Shown here: one piece after another, positions 24,601 to 38,256 of the stretch
Layout of the letters: every line of letters starts with the position of its first letter
How positions within the stretch are numbered: the first letter of the stretch is position 1
Origin: Paraspadella gotoi
Lineage: Eukaryota; Animalia; Chaetognatha
Reading direction: 5' to 3'
DNA length: 64,000 nt
NCBI GenBank assembly: GCA_051294375.1
Contig: CM119269.1
Coordinates: 7,933,225-7,997,224 of the forward strand
Notes under the pieces: model-generated
Seen by the model: only the letters and a program-made list of their open reading frames with translations
Told to the model about the DNA's origin: nothing
The model's database searches: none
Position numbers and translations under genes: made by a program

Positions 24601-27504
24601 ATGTTGCGATGCTCCAATCCGATAATCTCGAAGGAGAGGATCCCGAGAAAGATGATGTAAGAGGCGAAGAATCTCAGAGCTCTCGACCGCGGCGACTCGA
24701 AATCGAAAGATCTCACGCAAGACTGCCCTCCGCTCTCCTCCTCTTCCACCGGAACCCGAACCTCCACTCCCTCCTCCTCCGCGGGCTTCTTCCGTAAATC
24801 CGGCTTGAAGATAAGATACAGCGAGGAGAGGGGCAGCATGATCAGGTGCACCAGAAAGTGGGTGAAGATCCATCCGATGCCGATGAGCTCGTAAGGCTTG
24901 AGGCCCGCGTTCCATTTGAAACCCGCCTGCTTCTGACAGTGGGGGTGAACCACAAACTCTTTTTGGGCCTTGTGAATTGCCAGGTGCAGGCGAGGGCAGA
25001 AGGTAATGGCCACCTGAGAGTTGGCCTCCACGACCTCTTCCAAACCGTCGATGCGCGACAACATCTGCTCCACCTCGCAGGAATCCCGACAATTGTCGAG
25101 AAGGTCCACCGAATACATGCGGACTTGTTTGGCCAGTCGAGTGTAGACCTCGTTGAACTCTGGTTCCATACTGGCCAAGGCCATCAGCCGTTCGGACAAC
25201 TTGAAACACCTGATGTTTGGTCAAAAGTTATGGATGAGATTTGATAGATTTCATATTTAATTAGTGAGTTGATTGAAAAGTTTTATTTCTGTATATCGTA
25301 AAATTTATGGCTATTTTTTTTCTATGAACTTTAAAGTACAGTGAACTGTACAACTCTGAAACAATAAAAAAATTGATAATAACTAATTCAAAAATAAACT
25401 CATTTTGTATAACACAAACTTTTCGTATTTACCTTAGCACGTTGTCCTTGTCCTTGAGGTCGATGTGACTGGACGAGCAAAGCGCCTTGTACCTGTAGAA
25501 GCGACTGTAGGACTCGATCGAGTTGGTGACGTCGAGCTTGAGGTCGCTTAGCGAGGCCTCCATGTCGCCGATGGCGAATCCCCAACTGTCGAACAGCGTG
25601 ATGATGGGGTAGTCGTCGTTCTTGCAGGCAAGGATCATGGGATTCTCCAGCAGATCGACGGTGAAGTCGGCGCTGTAGTACTCAAGGTCTTCCTTGAAGC
25701 AATAGACCTCTTTGCTGATCTTGTGGACGACGGACTTTTTGCCGCCGTTTTTGTGGACGCGGTCGCAACACTTGCAGACGTAGAGCGGATTGGATGGGCC
25801 GAACTTGGTGATGGCGGCCCCGAGCTCGGCGGGCGTGTTGCGCTTGTTGGGTCGAGGCGAAGCCACGGATAAAATAGACGACGTCGAGTTATCCAGGTTC
25901 GCTTTGATCTTCTTCTTTATCTTTCTCATGTTTTTCCTTGGACGGAAAATTTAGGTTGGGGGATTATCGAAATTAATGAGAAGATATTAAATTTACATGC
26001 TAAATAATAATAATAATAGCTGAAGATAAACTTTCCTAAAAAAAAGAATTTGTAAAAGGTTATTTAGCAAGAATAATTTGCAATCGTTGAAATCATAAAA
26101 AGTTTTTTTTTAAAATTGAGGAAAATTAAATTATTTATTGATCAAAAAAGTAAAATAAATCCTGAAGTTTTTTACAAATAAAAACTAATTTAATAAATTA
26201 AATTTCGAATAAATTTATTTCCCATTCGCGATGCAAACCTGGTATCTTCATCGATGTAGGGTAAGTCCACCTCCTCCGAAGATATCTTCCCTTTCCCCTT
26301 GAGAAACACCAGCAGCTTCTCGGTGATGTTGTGATCCTTGATGGAGACGGCGTGGGTAAGTGCGTCGCCGACGTTGACCTCACCTCTGAAGGAGGGGAAC
26401 TCGTCCGAGAGGAGAAAGTCGATGAGGACCTCGCTCCTCATCAACACCGCGTTGGAGAGAAACGTGCGTCCGAAAAAGTCCGTCTTGTCCATGTTGATCT
26501 TGTAGAGCGGATTGCGCAAGAGATCCATCGCCATGTCAGTCTCCGCGTCTAGTAGGAGCGAGTGGAGTCGTCGCTCCTCTTCGTTCAGCTCCTCTCGGTT
26601 GTCCGCCGGCTTGTTGTGGTAAAAGCTCAACTCTTTATTTAGCTTCATCTTGTTGTTGTTGGCCGACTTTCTGGTCGGGCGGCGCATGATCAGACTGGGG
26701 GTGTTGTCGACCATCGGGTTGGAGCAATCCCCGCTCTTCTCCACCGTGTCCATCTCGAAACCTGGAGGGGGAAGAGGGATGAAGCTCTTGTTGTTACCCA
26801 TTTAGGCGCTCTAATTGTTTTTTTGGTTCAAATCAATTTTGTTATTTTTCAACTTATAAGTTTTGAAATTCAAATCACGACAAAAACAAATTTGAATGGG
26901 CTGGAAGCGGTGTCTTTTACTCTAAGATGCAAATTTTAAAAAAAATAATCCTGACGTCTTACTTTGTTTGTTTTTTTTCATTCAATTACCTTCATTACTG
27001 ATTCCATTGTTCGTTGGCTCCGTCATATTGTCATCTAAAAATTAAAAAAATTATTTAATTTAAAATTTAAAAAGATAAGAAATTCAATTTGGCTTATTTG
27101 TTTTGCTTTTTTTTTACCTTCTGTTATTCGACGAAAAGAAAAGTTATCTTTTGATTTAAACATTCACTGTGTATGTACCGTGAGTATCGATGCGAATTTG
27201 ACGTAAGAAAAATTCGACTTCTAAATTAAAATAAATAAGTAATAAAAAGTGAATGGCGATTTTTTTTATTTCTTTCCCGAAAAAGATGGCGAGAGACTCT
27301 TCCGAGATTTTTGGGCGCGGCCAGAGAGCGTGGCCGACTGAATTGCGTCTGAAGAGGCGGCGCCGTCGCAAACGTTCGACGCGGCCTCGAGGTAAGGGCG
27401 GCGTCGTCGTCGGCGGCGGCGGGAATAAGGGGCGGGCGACACGTCATTCGAATCGCGGTGGAAGCACGTGCGGGAAGGGAAAAGGAGGGAGTGGCGGCGA
27501 TGGA

Positions 27505-27574
<70 letters not shown>

Positions 27575-30500
27575 AGAGAGAGGCAGAGAGAGAGAGAGAG
27601 GTGAATGAGAGAGAGGAGAAATAAATGGGAAAGTAGAAAACTGGGATAGAAGACAAGATTTTAGATAGAGAAGTGGGAGAAGAGAAGTAGGAGAGAGAAG
27701 TAGCCAGAGAGGTATTAAGGAAAGTGATAAATTTGAGAAGAGGTGTGGAGAGAGTAAGAAAATAGACAAAAAAGTAAGAGATATAGATAGATAGATAGCT
27801 AGATATTATATAGATCTTTGGAAAGTGATATGTCATCGTCGTCACCCTCTTCGCAGAGGCTGTCGTTGTTGTTATTATCGTCGTTGTTGTTATCGTCGTC
27901 ATCTATTTGATTTCAGCCTACGTCGTCGTCGTTTTCGTCGTCGTTGTCGTCGCTAGTTACGGATCTTTAGTTCGTGCATTTCTGACTTGATGACAAGTTG
28001 AATCTCCTGCAACGAAACGCAATCATCTTTGATTTCTACCGATATTTTTCTAGCCTACTTTTCCTATCTCGCCAGAAATATAGATAATAACTGAAAATCA
28101 AGTTTACTATCCTCTTTGAAATAATATGATATAGATGATAAAAATAAAATCTCGTTCGTCGACTCAGTTACGTCAATTTGTTTAGTTTTCATTTTGATTC
28201 GTCTTTTAGCATTTCAGTGTGATAACAGTTTGATAATATCAGTGAGTCATTATTATCAAAGAGTTAATTTCACTGAGTGAATGTCAGGAAGTCGATGACC
28301 TCCGATGTCGAGGACTCTCATATAATTTTAGTACAACCAATTAATACAATAAACATTTTTTTTAAAATTTATTTATTAATTAATTAATTAATTAATTAAT
28401 TAATTTTTCTTGAATTCAATAAACTATCATGCCTATCGTGAAGTTCATGGTTTAAAAAATTAATGATTGTAGGGGACTCGCCACAGGCCTCAGTTTCAAT
28501 TAAGTCGCCTCAGATTGATGATTTCAAACGGAAATCAGTCGAGCTTTGTTAATACGGATTCTCAGTGAGTCCATGTCAGTTGGTGTCATTAACCGGACGC
28601 CATACATCTACCGACCAACGGAGGTGGTTGAGTAGGCGTGGCCCAAAACTTCACTTCCGCCGAGAGAATTTGAGCTTCGATCGAGAGACCAGAATCGAGA
28701 AGAGATTCGTTGAGCGAAGCTGAGAATCGGATTTCGCTGGAGAAGGAGAGAGAAAAAAAAAATACAGGGTCTTCCGTTTAAATCTTTAAATATCTACAAT
28801 CAAAAATTATTATTTGAACATTAAAATTCCTATGATCCACCTCTTCTCACTTCAGTCACTCTGACAGAAAAGTCTCTTATCACAAAGTTTTTTCTCACCT
28901 TTTCTCACTTTCACCGAACACTGTTTTGTCCCAAATAAAGTCACTGAGATGACCCGGGAAAAAANNNNNNNNNNNNNNNNNNNNNNNNNNNNNNNNNNNN
29001 NNNNNNNNNNNNNNNNNNNNNNNNNNNNNNNNNNNNNNNNNNNNNNNNNNNNNNNNNNNNNNNNNNNNNNNNNNNNNNNNNNNNNNNNNNNNNNNNNNNN
29101 NNNNNNNNNNNNNNNNNNNNNNNNNNNNNNNNNNNNNNNNNNNNNNNNNNNNNNNNNNNNNNNNNNNNNNNNNNNNNNNNNNNNNNNNNNNNNNNNNNNN
29201 NNNNNNNNNNNNNNNNNNNNNNNNNNNNNNNNNNNNNNNNNNNNNNNNNNNNNNNNNNNNNNNNNNNNNNNNNNNNNNNNNNNNNNNNNNNNNNNNNNNN
29301 NNNNNNNNNNNNNNNNNNNNNNNNNNNNNNNNNNNNNNNNNNNNNNNNNNNNNNNNNNNNNNNNNNNNNNNNNNNNNNNNNNNNNNNNNNNNNNNNNNNN
29401 NNNNNNNNNNNNNNNNNNNNNNNNNNNNNNNNNNNNNNNNNNNNNNNNNNNNNNNNNNNNNNNNNNNNNNNNNNNNNNNNNNNNNNNNNNNNNNNNNNNN
29501 NNNNNNNNNNNNNNNNNNNNNNNNNNNNNNNNNNNNNNNNNNNNNNNNNNNNNNNNNNNNNNNNNNNNNNNNNNNNNNNNNNNNNNNNNNNNNNNNNNNN
29601 NNNNNNNNNNNNNNNNNNNNNNNNNNNNNNNNNNNNNNNNNNNNNNNNNNNNNNNNNNNNNNNNNNNNNNNNNNNNNNNNNNNNNNNNNNNNNNNNNNNN
29701 NNNNNNNNNNNNNNNNNNNNNNNNNNNNNNNNNNNNNNNNNNNNNNNNNNNNNNNNNNNNNNNNNNNNNNNNNNNNNNNNNNNNNNNNNNNNNNNTCAAA
29801 AAAACCGAGGAGACATTTTCCCGCCAAATCGTCTTTGTCGATGGTAGCGAATTCTCCGCGTTGGAAGGTTAAACGCAAGTTGAGATGCAAATGACCTTAA
29901 ATAGGAATCGGGATAAATTTCAAGGTGGAAGAAAATTGGTGCAACCGAAACAACAATCATCTATTAATTCAATTAATTAAGTATTAACTAAGTATTTTGC
30001 CCCTTACTATTGACCCTGGACTGGCTGTGGTGGGTTTGATAACATAGCCGGACCTTGCTCGCATTCGATCAAGAATCTTTTCCAGTCTCGTTTATCAATC
30101 TAGCTTTACTTTCCATAAAGTGATTTAAAACTTCCTATTATTTCCTATTATTTTTTAAAGAACATATGTACATCAGTTTCGACTCTCGATGGGTTTAAAT
30201 TTTAGTTGATTCTTTCGTCGCAATATATTTGTCCTTTTGTTTGTTAGTCTTGATCTTACTTATAATGTTTCGAGCATAGTCCGCCTGAGTCGCTTCGGAA
30301 CTTGTCGTCGTCGACGTCGTTGTCGACGACGACGTCGATGAAGTCGTCGATGTCGTCGTCGTCGGCATCGCTTCGTTCGTCGTCGCTTCCATCGTAGTCG
30401 TCGTCGTCGTCTCGTAATTTTCCGTGGAAGCGATCGTCGTCGCTATCGTCGTCGTCATCGTCGTCGGCGGCGGCGGCTCTGTGGTTGTTGGTGGAGCTGA

Positions 30501-31333
30501 CGTCGGAGATTCCGTAGTTGGTAGGACTGTTGTATCTGAGAAAGAAAAATGGGAAAAGAAAGAGAGACAGATATATGGAGAAAGAAATGAAGAAAAACAA
30601 AAAGAAATTAAGAAAGAAAGAAAGAGAAAAAAAAAGAAAGAAAGAGAGACAGATATGGAGAAAGAAATAAAGAAACAAAGAAAGAGAAAAAAAAAAGAAA
30701 GAAAGAGATAATGAAAGAAAAAAGAGGGAAAAAAAAGAAAGAAAGAGAGAAAGAAGGGGAAAAAAATAAATAAAGATAGAAAACAAGAAATAAATAAAAA
30801 TAAAAAGAAAGCGAGAAAGAAAAAGCAAAACAAAGAAAAGGTTCAACAAACCCGACTCGTTGCTGCAAACAATGCGGCAACCATCATCATCAAAACTCGT
30901 GGTCGTCTGATCAGATGTTGCCGAGGGCAAGGTTGACGCGTCGACTTCCGCAGATGCTGTAGATGCTGTAAATCCTGCAGAAGTTGGGAAAGAAGTCGAC
31001 GACGCGTTTGAGAGAGAGACTTCAGTCGAGTCGTTCGTCAAAAATGCGCCGCCTGAAATCGGGAGAAGAATTAAAGAATGAATTAATGAATGAATGAATG
31101 AAAGAAAGTATGAATGAAAGAAAAACCTTCGGTCGTGTTGACAGTCTCGTTGGCTGCTTGGGTCGAAACTGAAGCCACGCTTCTGTAATTTAGTTCAACA
31201 GTTGAGACTTAAGATTTAGCAACTGCTCTTTTTTCTTTTCTCTTCTCTCTTTGAGACATTCATTTATTTATTTTTTATTTTTTCTTTTTTCTTTTTTCTT
31301 TTTTCTTTTTCTTTCTTTCTTTCTTTCTTTCAT

Positions 31334-31404
<71 letters not shown>

Positions 31405-31435
31405 CTTTCATTTTCTCCATCTTTTTTTCTTTTTT

Positions 31436-31479
<44 letters not shown>

Positions 31480-31567
31480 TTTATTTTTTTTCCTCATCTT
31501 TCTTTCTTTTTTCTATCTTTATTTATTTATTTTTTTATTTATTTATTTATTTATTTATTTATTTTTC

Positions 31568-31610
<43 letters not shown>

Positions 31611-31834
31611 CATATTATTTCTTCATCGCTACATATGAAACAAATTTTTCTATTTTCTCTCCATCTCCAACTTTACCCTCAACAATCAACATGGAACAAG
31701 GAGCAAGAGAAACGACAACAAGCACAACAGCAACCACAAAAACATCATCTCCAGCAACAGCAACAACAACAACGCTCTTTGCTCGACCGTCTTTTCCTCG
31801 ACGAGAAAACTTGAGTCGAATCACTCATCGTCAT

Positions 31835-31866
<32 letters not shown>

Positions 31867-32763
31867 TTCCATTCACGTCGTCGACGATCGTCCCGTCTGA
31901 AGACGAATTCGCCACGGTCTCGTTCGCCGCGGTCTCGTTCGCCGCGGTCACGTTCGCCGCGGTCTCGTTCGCCGCGGTCTCGTTCGTCGTCGTCGTCTCC
32001 GTCGTCGTCAAGGACTCGTCTCCGCCTGAGGACGTCGTCGTCATCGTCGTCGTCGTCGTTTCCATAACAACCGCCTCCGTGGTTACGTCGCAGATTCGAC
32101 GACAGATTTCGCCTGAGAGATCGATAATAACTATCGCGTTACCGAAAAAAAATCAAACGACCTTAAATTGAGAATTTAAACATTAAGGAAATATGAGCCG
32201 AAAGGACTTTTATATTTTTCATGTTTATCTTTTCGTTTAAAAGGGGATTTTAAACCTAAAGATTTCCTTCCCGTTTTAGTTTTTATATATATTTAGATTT
32301 GAGATTTAGTTTTTCAAGAATCGATTTTTTTTCACGAAATTTAATCGGATTTTTACTTCGGATTTTTTATTTAAACATTTTAAGCTTTGAATAAGATTTT
32401 TTAGTTGCTTGTTTTTTGTTTTGTTTAGCTTTTAGTTCGTTCGATCATTCTCTCTTTCCTTAGTTACGTTAGTCCTTTTCTTTCAGTTTTTCCCGCCAGG
32501 TTTCCTGATTTCACCGGAAGATGTCGCATCCATCGTGGTTGGCGAAGTTGACGCTTTTTGAGTAACGGGGGTTGAGCTCACGTCGACGTTGGTGACGCTG
32601 ATGGCATCGTTGGCGGCGGTGGCGTTGCCGCCATCTGTGACGCTACTGAAGTTCGAGGCCGCGTCGGAAACGTAGCCAGGTTCCGTCGTGGCGTTGCCGG
32701 TGACGTTAACGCTTTCCGTGGCGGTGACGTCATTAGAATATGTGACGTCATTCGGAGTTGAAA
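21629..32763 (-). CDS. Mucin-like (Ser/Thr-rich, N-glycosylated) single-pass membrane protein; 5' end unresolved
   Basis: Phase-1 Thr/Ser-rich exons 32763-32515, ~32111-31826, ~31168-31127, 31052-30852 and 30535-30260. Globular exons ~29895-29806, (gap), ~28942-28899 and 28736-28616. TM exon 21969-21848 (TTIPPENDGFQLKGMHLAGGGFAFLTLFTLCCYCTVTLID) and a possible last exon 21641-21629 (RRNG*). The link to the TM exon is inferred. Confidence 0.6.
23313..26801 (-). CDS. Transient receptor potential channel, TRPC-like (ankyrin repeats, 6TM, TRP box), divergent
   Basis: Exons 26801-26239, 25936-25433 and 25209-23313 join in phase 2. Ankyrin motifs (DFFGRTFLSNAV, GDALTHAV), YKALCSSSHI, EPEFNEVY, PRLHLAI..QKEFVVHPHCQ, LGPIQLIL, LLWDIFG, LLNLLIAMMSQSY, EWKF, PPPFNLIP. 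Confidence 0.92.
28965..29795. other. Assembly gap (largest of several N runs)
   Basis: Run of N. Others start at ~33748, 41750, 42503, 43367, 47647 and 56407. Confidence 0.99.
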
Positions 32764-33487
32764 CTTAAAAGAAAAAAATATCATGAGTAACGTCTGTAGT
32801 TATTTCAGTTGCCGAGTGGCAAGATATAACGTCACGTCCTCTTTCCTCATTCCTCTTTCCTCAATCCTAAATTCTCATTTTTAGAATTATGACGTCATTG
32901 ACGCTGCTATCTACGAAGAACCTCATTCATTCATTCATTCTTTCTTTCATTCATTCTCTCAATGATATTTTTAATCTAATCAAATCTACCTAAATTTCCC
33001 CGAAAAAATTTAAGGCTTTGAATTTCAGAGAAAAAAAACCCTGAGTTTATATCTCGATTCTCGATATTTAAAAAAAAATAATGAGACTGATAGACGGCCC
33101 CGAACGAGATTCTGACGTCATAATTATTGCCCCGAAAATTTTTTTTTTCCAAAGGGAAATTTCAATGTCAGCGGGAGATTTTGGTTAAGGTGTCAATGAC
33201 AGTTTAAGTGTCCGAGAAGTTCGTCGCTCCATTATCTATTCAAATTTCACAGAATAGAATTAATGTAAAAAATACCAATGATCAAATCATTTACAAAAAA
33301 GGAAACATTATGGTTGTTTTAATACAGTAACTGTCAGCGAAATAAGCATAAACTAGTTTCTTTGGACCAAAATCGTTTCGAGTTCGAATGAACGAGTTTC
33401 TTTTTCCGGAAATCTGAGAGGAAGAATATCAGATCGACGGCCCCGACGCTGGCGATCTTAAATGGGGGCGCAGTCGGTGAGAAGAGA

Positions 33488-33548
<61 letters not shown>

Positions 33549-34920
33549 CGAGAGAGAGAGAGAGAATTTTTATAATGGATAAAAATGTGAATGTAGTTAA
33601 AAATGATTTTTAAATAAGGTAAGAAACTAAGAATCGATATTTTTGAATATTAAAATATTAAACATTAAATATTAAAAGGTCATTGAATCCTTCAAGCCAA
33701 ACCGAAGAGGACATTTTGGTTGTCCTGTTTCGATCAAGTGACGACTTNNNNNNNNNNNNNNNNNNNNNNNNNNNNNNNNNNNNNNNNNNNNNNNNNNNNN
33801 NNNNNNNNNNNNNNNNNNNNNNNNNNNNNNNNNNNNNNNNNNNNNNNNNNNNNNNNNNNNNNNNCAACTCTTCGCCCCCCACAAACAAGTGTCTTTGCTC
33901 GCCTCCAAAATTGTTTCGGCATTGTAAATTTGACGGATTGGGACAACACCCACGACGTTTAAGGGTTAATTTTAGGTAAGATTAAGATATAAAACCAAAT
34001 TACACACAAAAAGTAAATAGTGAAAGAAAAGAGAAAGAAGAAAGAAAAATAATAAAAGTAAAACAAAAAGAGAAAGAAAGAAAGAAAAATAATAAAAGTA
34101 AAACAGAGCGACGAAAGAAAGAGAAAGGAAATAAAGCAAAAAAAAAGATTACATTTTATTACATTTTTACTTCTGTTAAAATTCTTACAGGGTTGTTGGA
34201 GAAGCCATTTCTGTCGATTAAAAGCTCGTTACAAATATCAGGAAAATTAATTTTTAAAACAGTATTAAAATAATGGTTAATTCTTTGAAAACTCAATTTT
34301 TTTTTTGGTACGGTTTACACTTGTTCTGCTAGTAATTTTAGTCTTAAATAATATCATTCTTTCGGAAAATGTCAGAAAAACAAACCAAATATTGGTTTAA
34401 CAAATGAATATTTCTCCCTGGGGCAAAGGATTGAGTCGTCGATACTCGCCTCGCCGTAAGTCTCTCCCATAAAACTGAAGCGGTCGAGCGAGTTTCGCGC
34501 GACTCGCGACGCCGCGGGTGAGGTAAAGGTAAGGAAGGGAGAGGCCGGAGTCTACGGAGGTGAGTAAAGCAGAAGTGGGGCGGTCCGAAGGAAAACCGAG
34601 GCGAATCAAGGGTGAGGCGATAATTCGAGAAAAAAAGTAAGTCGCGGGTAAAGAAACGAGCATCGAGACGAAACCCAAACAGAAACGAATCGAAATAAAA
34701 AAAAAAACAAAAAAAAACTGAATATTACCGATCCAAACGAAGATAAAACAAAACTATAGCAAGAAACAAAGACCTTTTTTTTTAATTCTTCAAAACAATT
34801 AAAGGCAAAACACATTTAATTAAACACAAAGCCTTCGACCATCTATTTATTATTAACCCAATTCCCCAGACTTCCTCTCTCCAAATCCACGCCTTCCCCC
34901 CCCCACCCCCCTTCCGCGCC

Positions 34921-37900
34921 ATGAAGGGGGTTTCCGGCCAACGACGCATCGACGCCGTCCAACGCTTCTCTCAACAGACGGCAGCGTCAGAGGCGTTGCC
35001 GCCGCGACCACCCTCTATTTCTAGCGGACTCAGATCGACGTCTTACGGACAGGCGTCGCCTGGCGCGTTGTCGCCCGGCGCCGTATCGCCTGGGCCGATG
35101 TCACCGCATCAATCGATCAATCAATCCGTCGCCAATCATCGAACTGTGATGACGACGGTGAGAAGATTTTCAACGACGACGACTTCGTCGACGTCGTCTT
35201 CAGATCCCAGGAATTCCGACGCCGCGGATGCCATTTCGTCGTCTTCGTCTCAACCTGGCGGCGCCATATATTCAAGCGGCGGAACCTCGCACTCGGAAAG
35301 CGGCGCCGTCTCACATCCTATCGATTCCACCTTTCGTCCACTCGGCGCCGCCGATTTTAGAGTCAAACGAAGACCAAATTTGGCGCTGAATATTCCAGCT
35401 GCGGCTGCTGACGCGGCGCTGACGAGATCGAGGACGCCGGAAACGATTATGAGATCTCCGACGCCGGAAACGACGCCGCCGAGATCGAGGACGTCGAGAA
35501 CGACGCCGGGAGTCGCCTCGAGAACACCGAGGAGCCAATCGACGCCGAGAAAACCGACATCGACGCCACCAACGCCCCCTTTAGCGGCGGCACCGGCGCC
35601 AATGGAATTGTTGCAACGTCAACTTCCACGCGCGCGCGGCGTCTACGCGCCCATCACTTACGAGACGGGACGCGATCCTCTTCCCGGATGGAAATTGCAC
35701 TCGGCCCATTCTCCCGCCGCATCTCCCGGCATTCCTCCGCCTTCTTATTCCGAAGTTCGTCATTCTCGGCCCAAAACGCCGGAGATGGGAACGGTCATCC
35801 GGCGCCGCGACAAATCGAGTCACTCGTCGCCTAAACATGAAATCTCGGCGCCGATTCCAGCGGCGCCCAATCGTCCGGCGCCGATTTTTTCGCCCAGTAA
35901 AGAAGCGCCGATTTATTCGACCCCGCATAAACCTTTTCGTGAGCCGAGCACCGAGACGGACTCGAGTCGACAACCCTTCGGAACTCAAGCCAATCGCGGC
36001 TCCTACCGAGCGGCAACGAGCGTTTCCAAATCTGCCTTCAAGACGCCCGACGGTCGAATCGTCGAAGTCGTCTACGAGCCCTACGACCCTGATCAAGCTT
36101 CGTCCGACAGCGAGAGCGGCGCCAGCATGAGATCTTCGGCGTCGTCGCGGCGTCGATCGTACAACAACAACAACGACAACGAGAGTCGAAATTCGAGGAC
36201 AAAGATCGAAGACGATTACTCGAAGGTGGAGTTGGCAGCCGCTGCCGCTGTCGTCGACTCGGCTGCACTGGACGATCATCTTGGGATGGTTGAGCCGCCG
36301 GAGATCGAGTCTCCGCTCGAAAGCGGAAAGAAAGAGAAAAAGAAGGGATCCAAAGGATTCACAGCCAAACTGAAGCAAATGTTCACGGGGAAACATTTTG
36401 CCAAGACGCACAAGTTCGAACCGGAGAAATCCGAAGATCCCGAGATCGATCCCCGATTCTCCGACAAGTTGAGCCGCAAAAAGTATTCATCTTTGGGCCG
36501 ATGGAGTTCGGCGGATAAGATCGATCGCTCGAAGCGGATGGACGAGGATGTGGAGCCGAGCAAGACGCAGAAGCAGCGTCGCCGTTCCGAGACCGAAGCG
36601 TTGAGCGGTGCCGGCAAGCGAGCGGCGAAACACGCCAAAGATCCTCACAACGATTTTACTCTCGAAGACGAAACTCTGGAAAAGTTTGAAAAGATAAAGG
36701 ATAGCATCAAATTGATGAACGCCAAGTTGGGGGAGCAGTTAAATTCTGGAGATACGAGAGTTGTCAATGAAAAGTTGGATCAATTTCGTCTCGAAGCGGA
36801 GACCGTGGACGACGCCGGATCCTTTCTCTCTCTTCCCGAACAACGCGCGGCCATGAATCGATCTCGATCTTCGAGAGAATTGAGTTCCATCAAAAATGGC
36901 GGGATCGAGTCTGGTCCAGACCCATTTGGTCGGTCGGTCGCCGAAAAATCACGCGATTCGTCTAATCCGAGCGATTCGTCGTCTGGCGGACGGGAATCCG
37001 CGGATGGTCTTCACCGACAGGACTCGGGGTACGCCACGAGTAGAAAGTCTTCCATCCCGACTGAAGATTTAGTCAGCAGAGGAAACAACAACAACAACAA
37101 TAACAACAACCAGAACCTTAACAAGCCGATGATCAACGCGTTGGAAAAACCGCCGAGACTCTTTCCTGACTCGATCGGCCTTCGCTCCCCTACCGCATCC
37201 CCATCGGATCCGGTTCCGCTTCCGAGATTCAAGTCTCAGGAGCGGAAGAAGCGGATGATGAATTCGATGGAGAGTCTCGACGATCTGGACGACGACTTGG
37301 ACGCCGGCGACGATGTCGATGGCGGCGTCGTGGACGCCAACGCGACGCCGCTGGAAGACGTCGTCGTCTCAGCCAAAGATTTGTTGGAGGAGATGCGACT
37401 CAACCGACGACGTCGAGGAACGTTTCAACTTCGCGATTGGTTCGTCCTCGACGACGACAAACTCGAGATTCCATCCGGCGCCGACACGCCTACTGCCACG
37501 CCCACCGTCATTCACGGCGCCTACCTCGTCGCCGATAGGAGCCGAAAATACGCGCTGCTGGTTGAGCCGTCGTCTGACGGAGCGAAGCGCCGCGGCGGCG
37601 GCGGCGGCGGTGGCGGACTCTGCGCCGCCGATTTCTACGCCTTTGACGCCGCGGCGCCGGTTGAGGAACTCGACGAAGCGTTGGATCGGATGCGGCGCTT
37701 TTCTCTTCCGGTCGTCGGCAGCTTCGTGATTCCGGCGCCGACGATGACGGATCTCGACGCCGAGTTCAACGCGTTCGAGTACGACTATCCTGGACGACGC
37801 GTTCTGGTCGTCGACGCTTCGCCCGACAGGATCGGGACGCTGGGTGGACTCTTGGCGGAGATGGGGCGGCGGAGAGAGATGACGACGACGGCGACGGCGC

Positions 37901-38023
37901 GGTTCGACATCCTGCTGCAGCTGCTCAAACTGTACAGAGCAACGCGGCTATGGGCGAGCAAGGTGGGTCGACTTAAAAAAATTAATAAAAAATTAATAAA
38001 AAATAAATAAATGAATGAATGAA

Positions 38024-38118
<95 letters not shown>

Positions 38119-38161
38119 ATTAATTAAAAAAATTACTAAAAAATTACTAAAAAATTACTAA

Positions 38162-38256
<95 letters not shown>

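Noticed and set aside
23274-24797. 507-aa plus-strand ORF
   Set aside because: Antisense shadow of the TRP channel exon, with no recognisable motifs.
27253-27902. ORFs rich in ER/LS or FLSF/KERK (also ~30.5, 31.3, 39.1, 56.7, 59.3, 60.7 and 62.4 kb)
   Set aside because: These are translations of (GA)n and (TTTC)n microsatellites.
28841-28860. 20-nt micro-exon in the mucin gene
   Set aside because: It would need a ~38-nt intron and breaks the frame. The direct 28899-28736 join is in phase.
28852-29890. Long ORFs spanning X runs
   Set aside because: Artefacts of N gaps.
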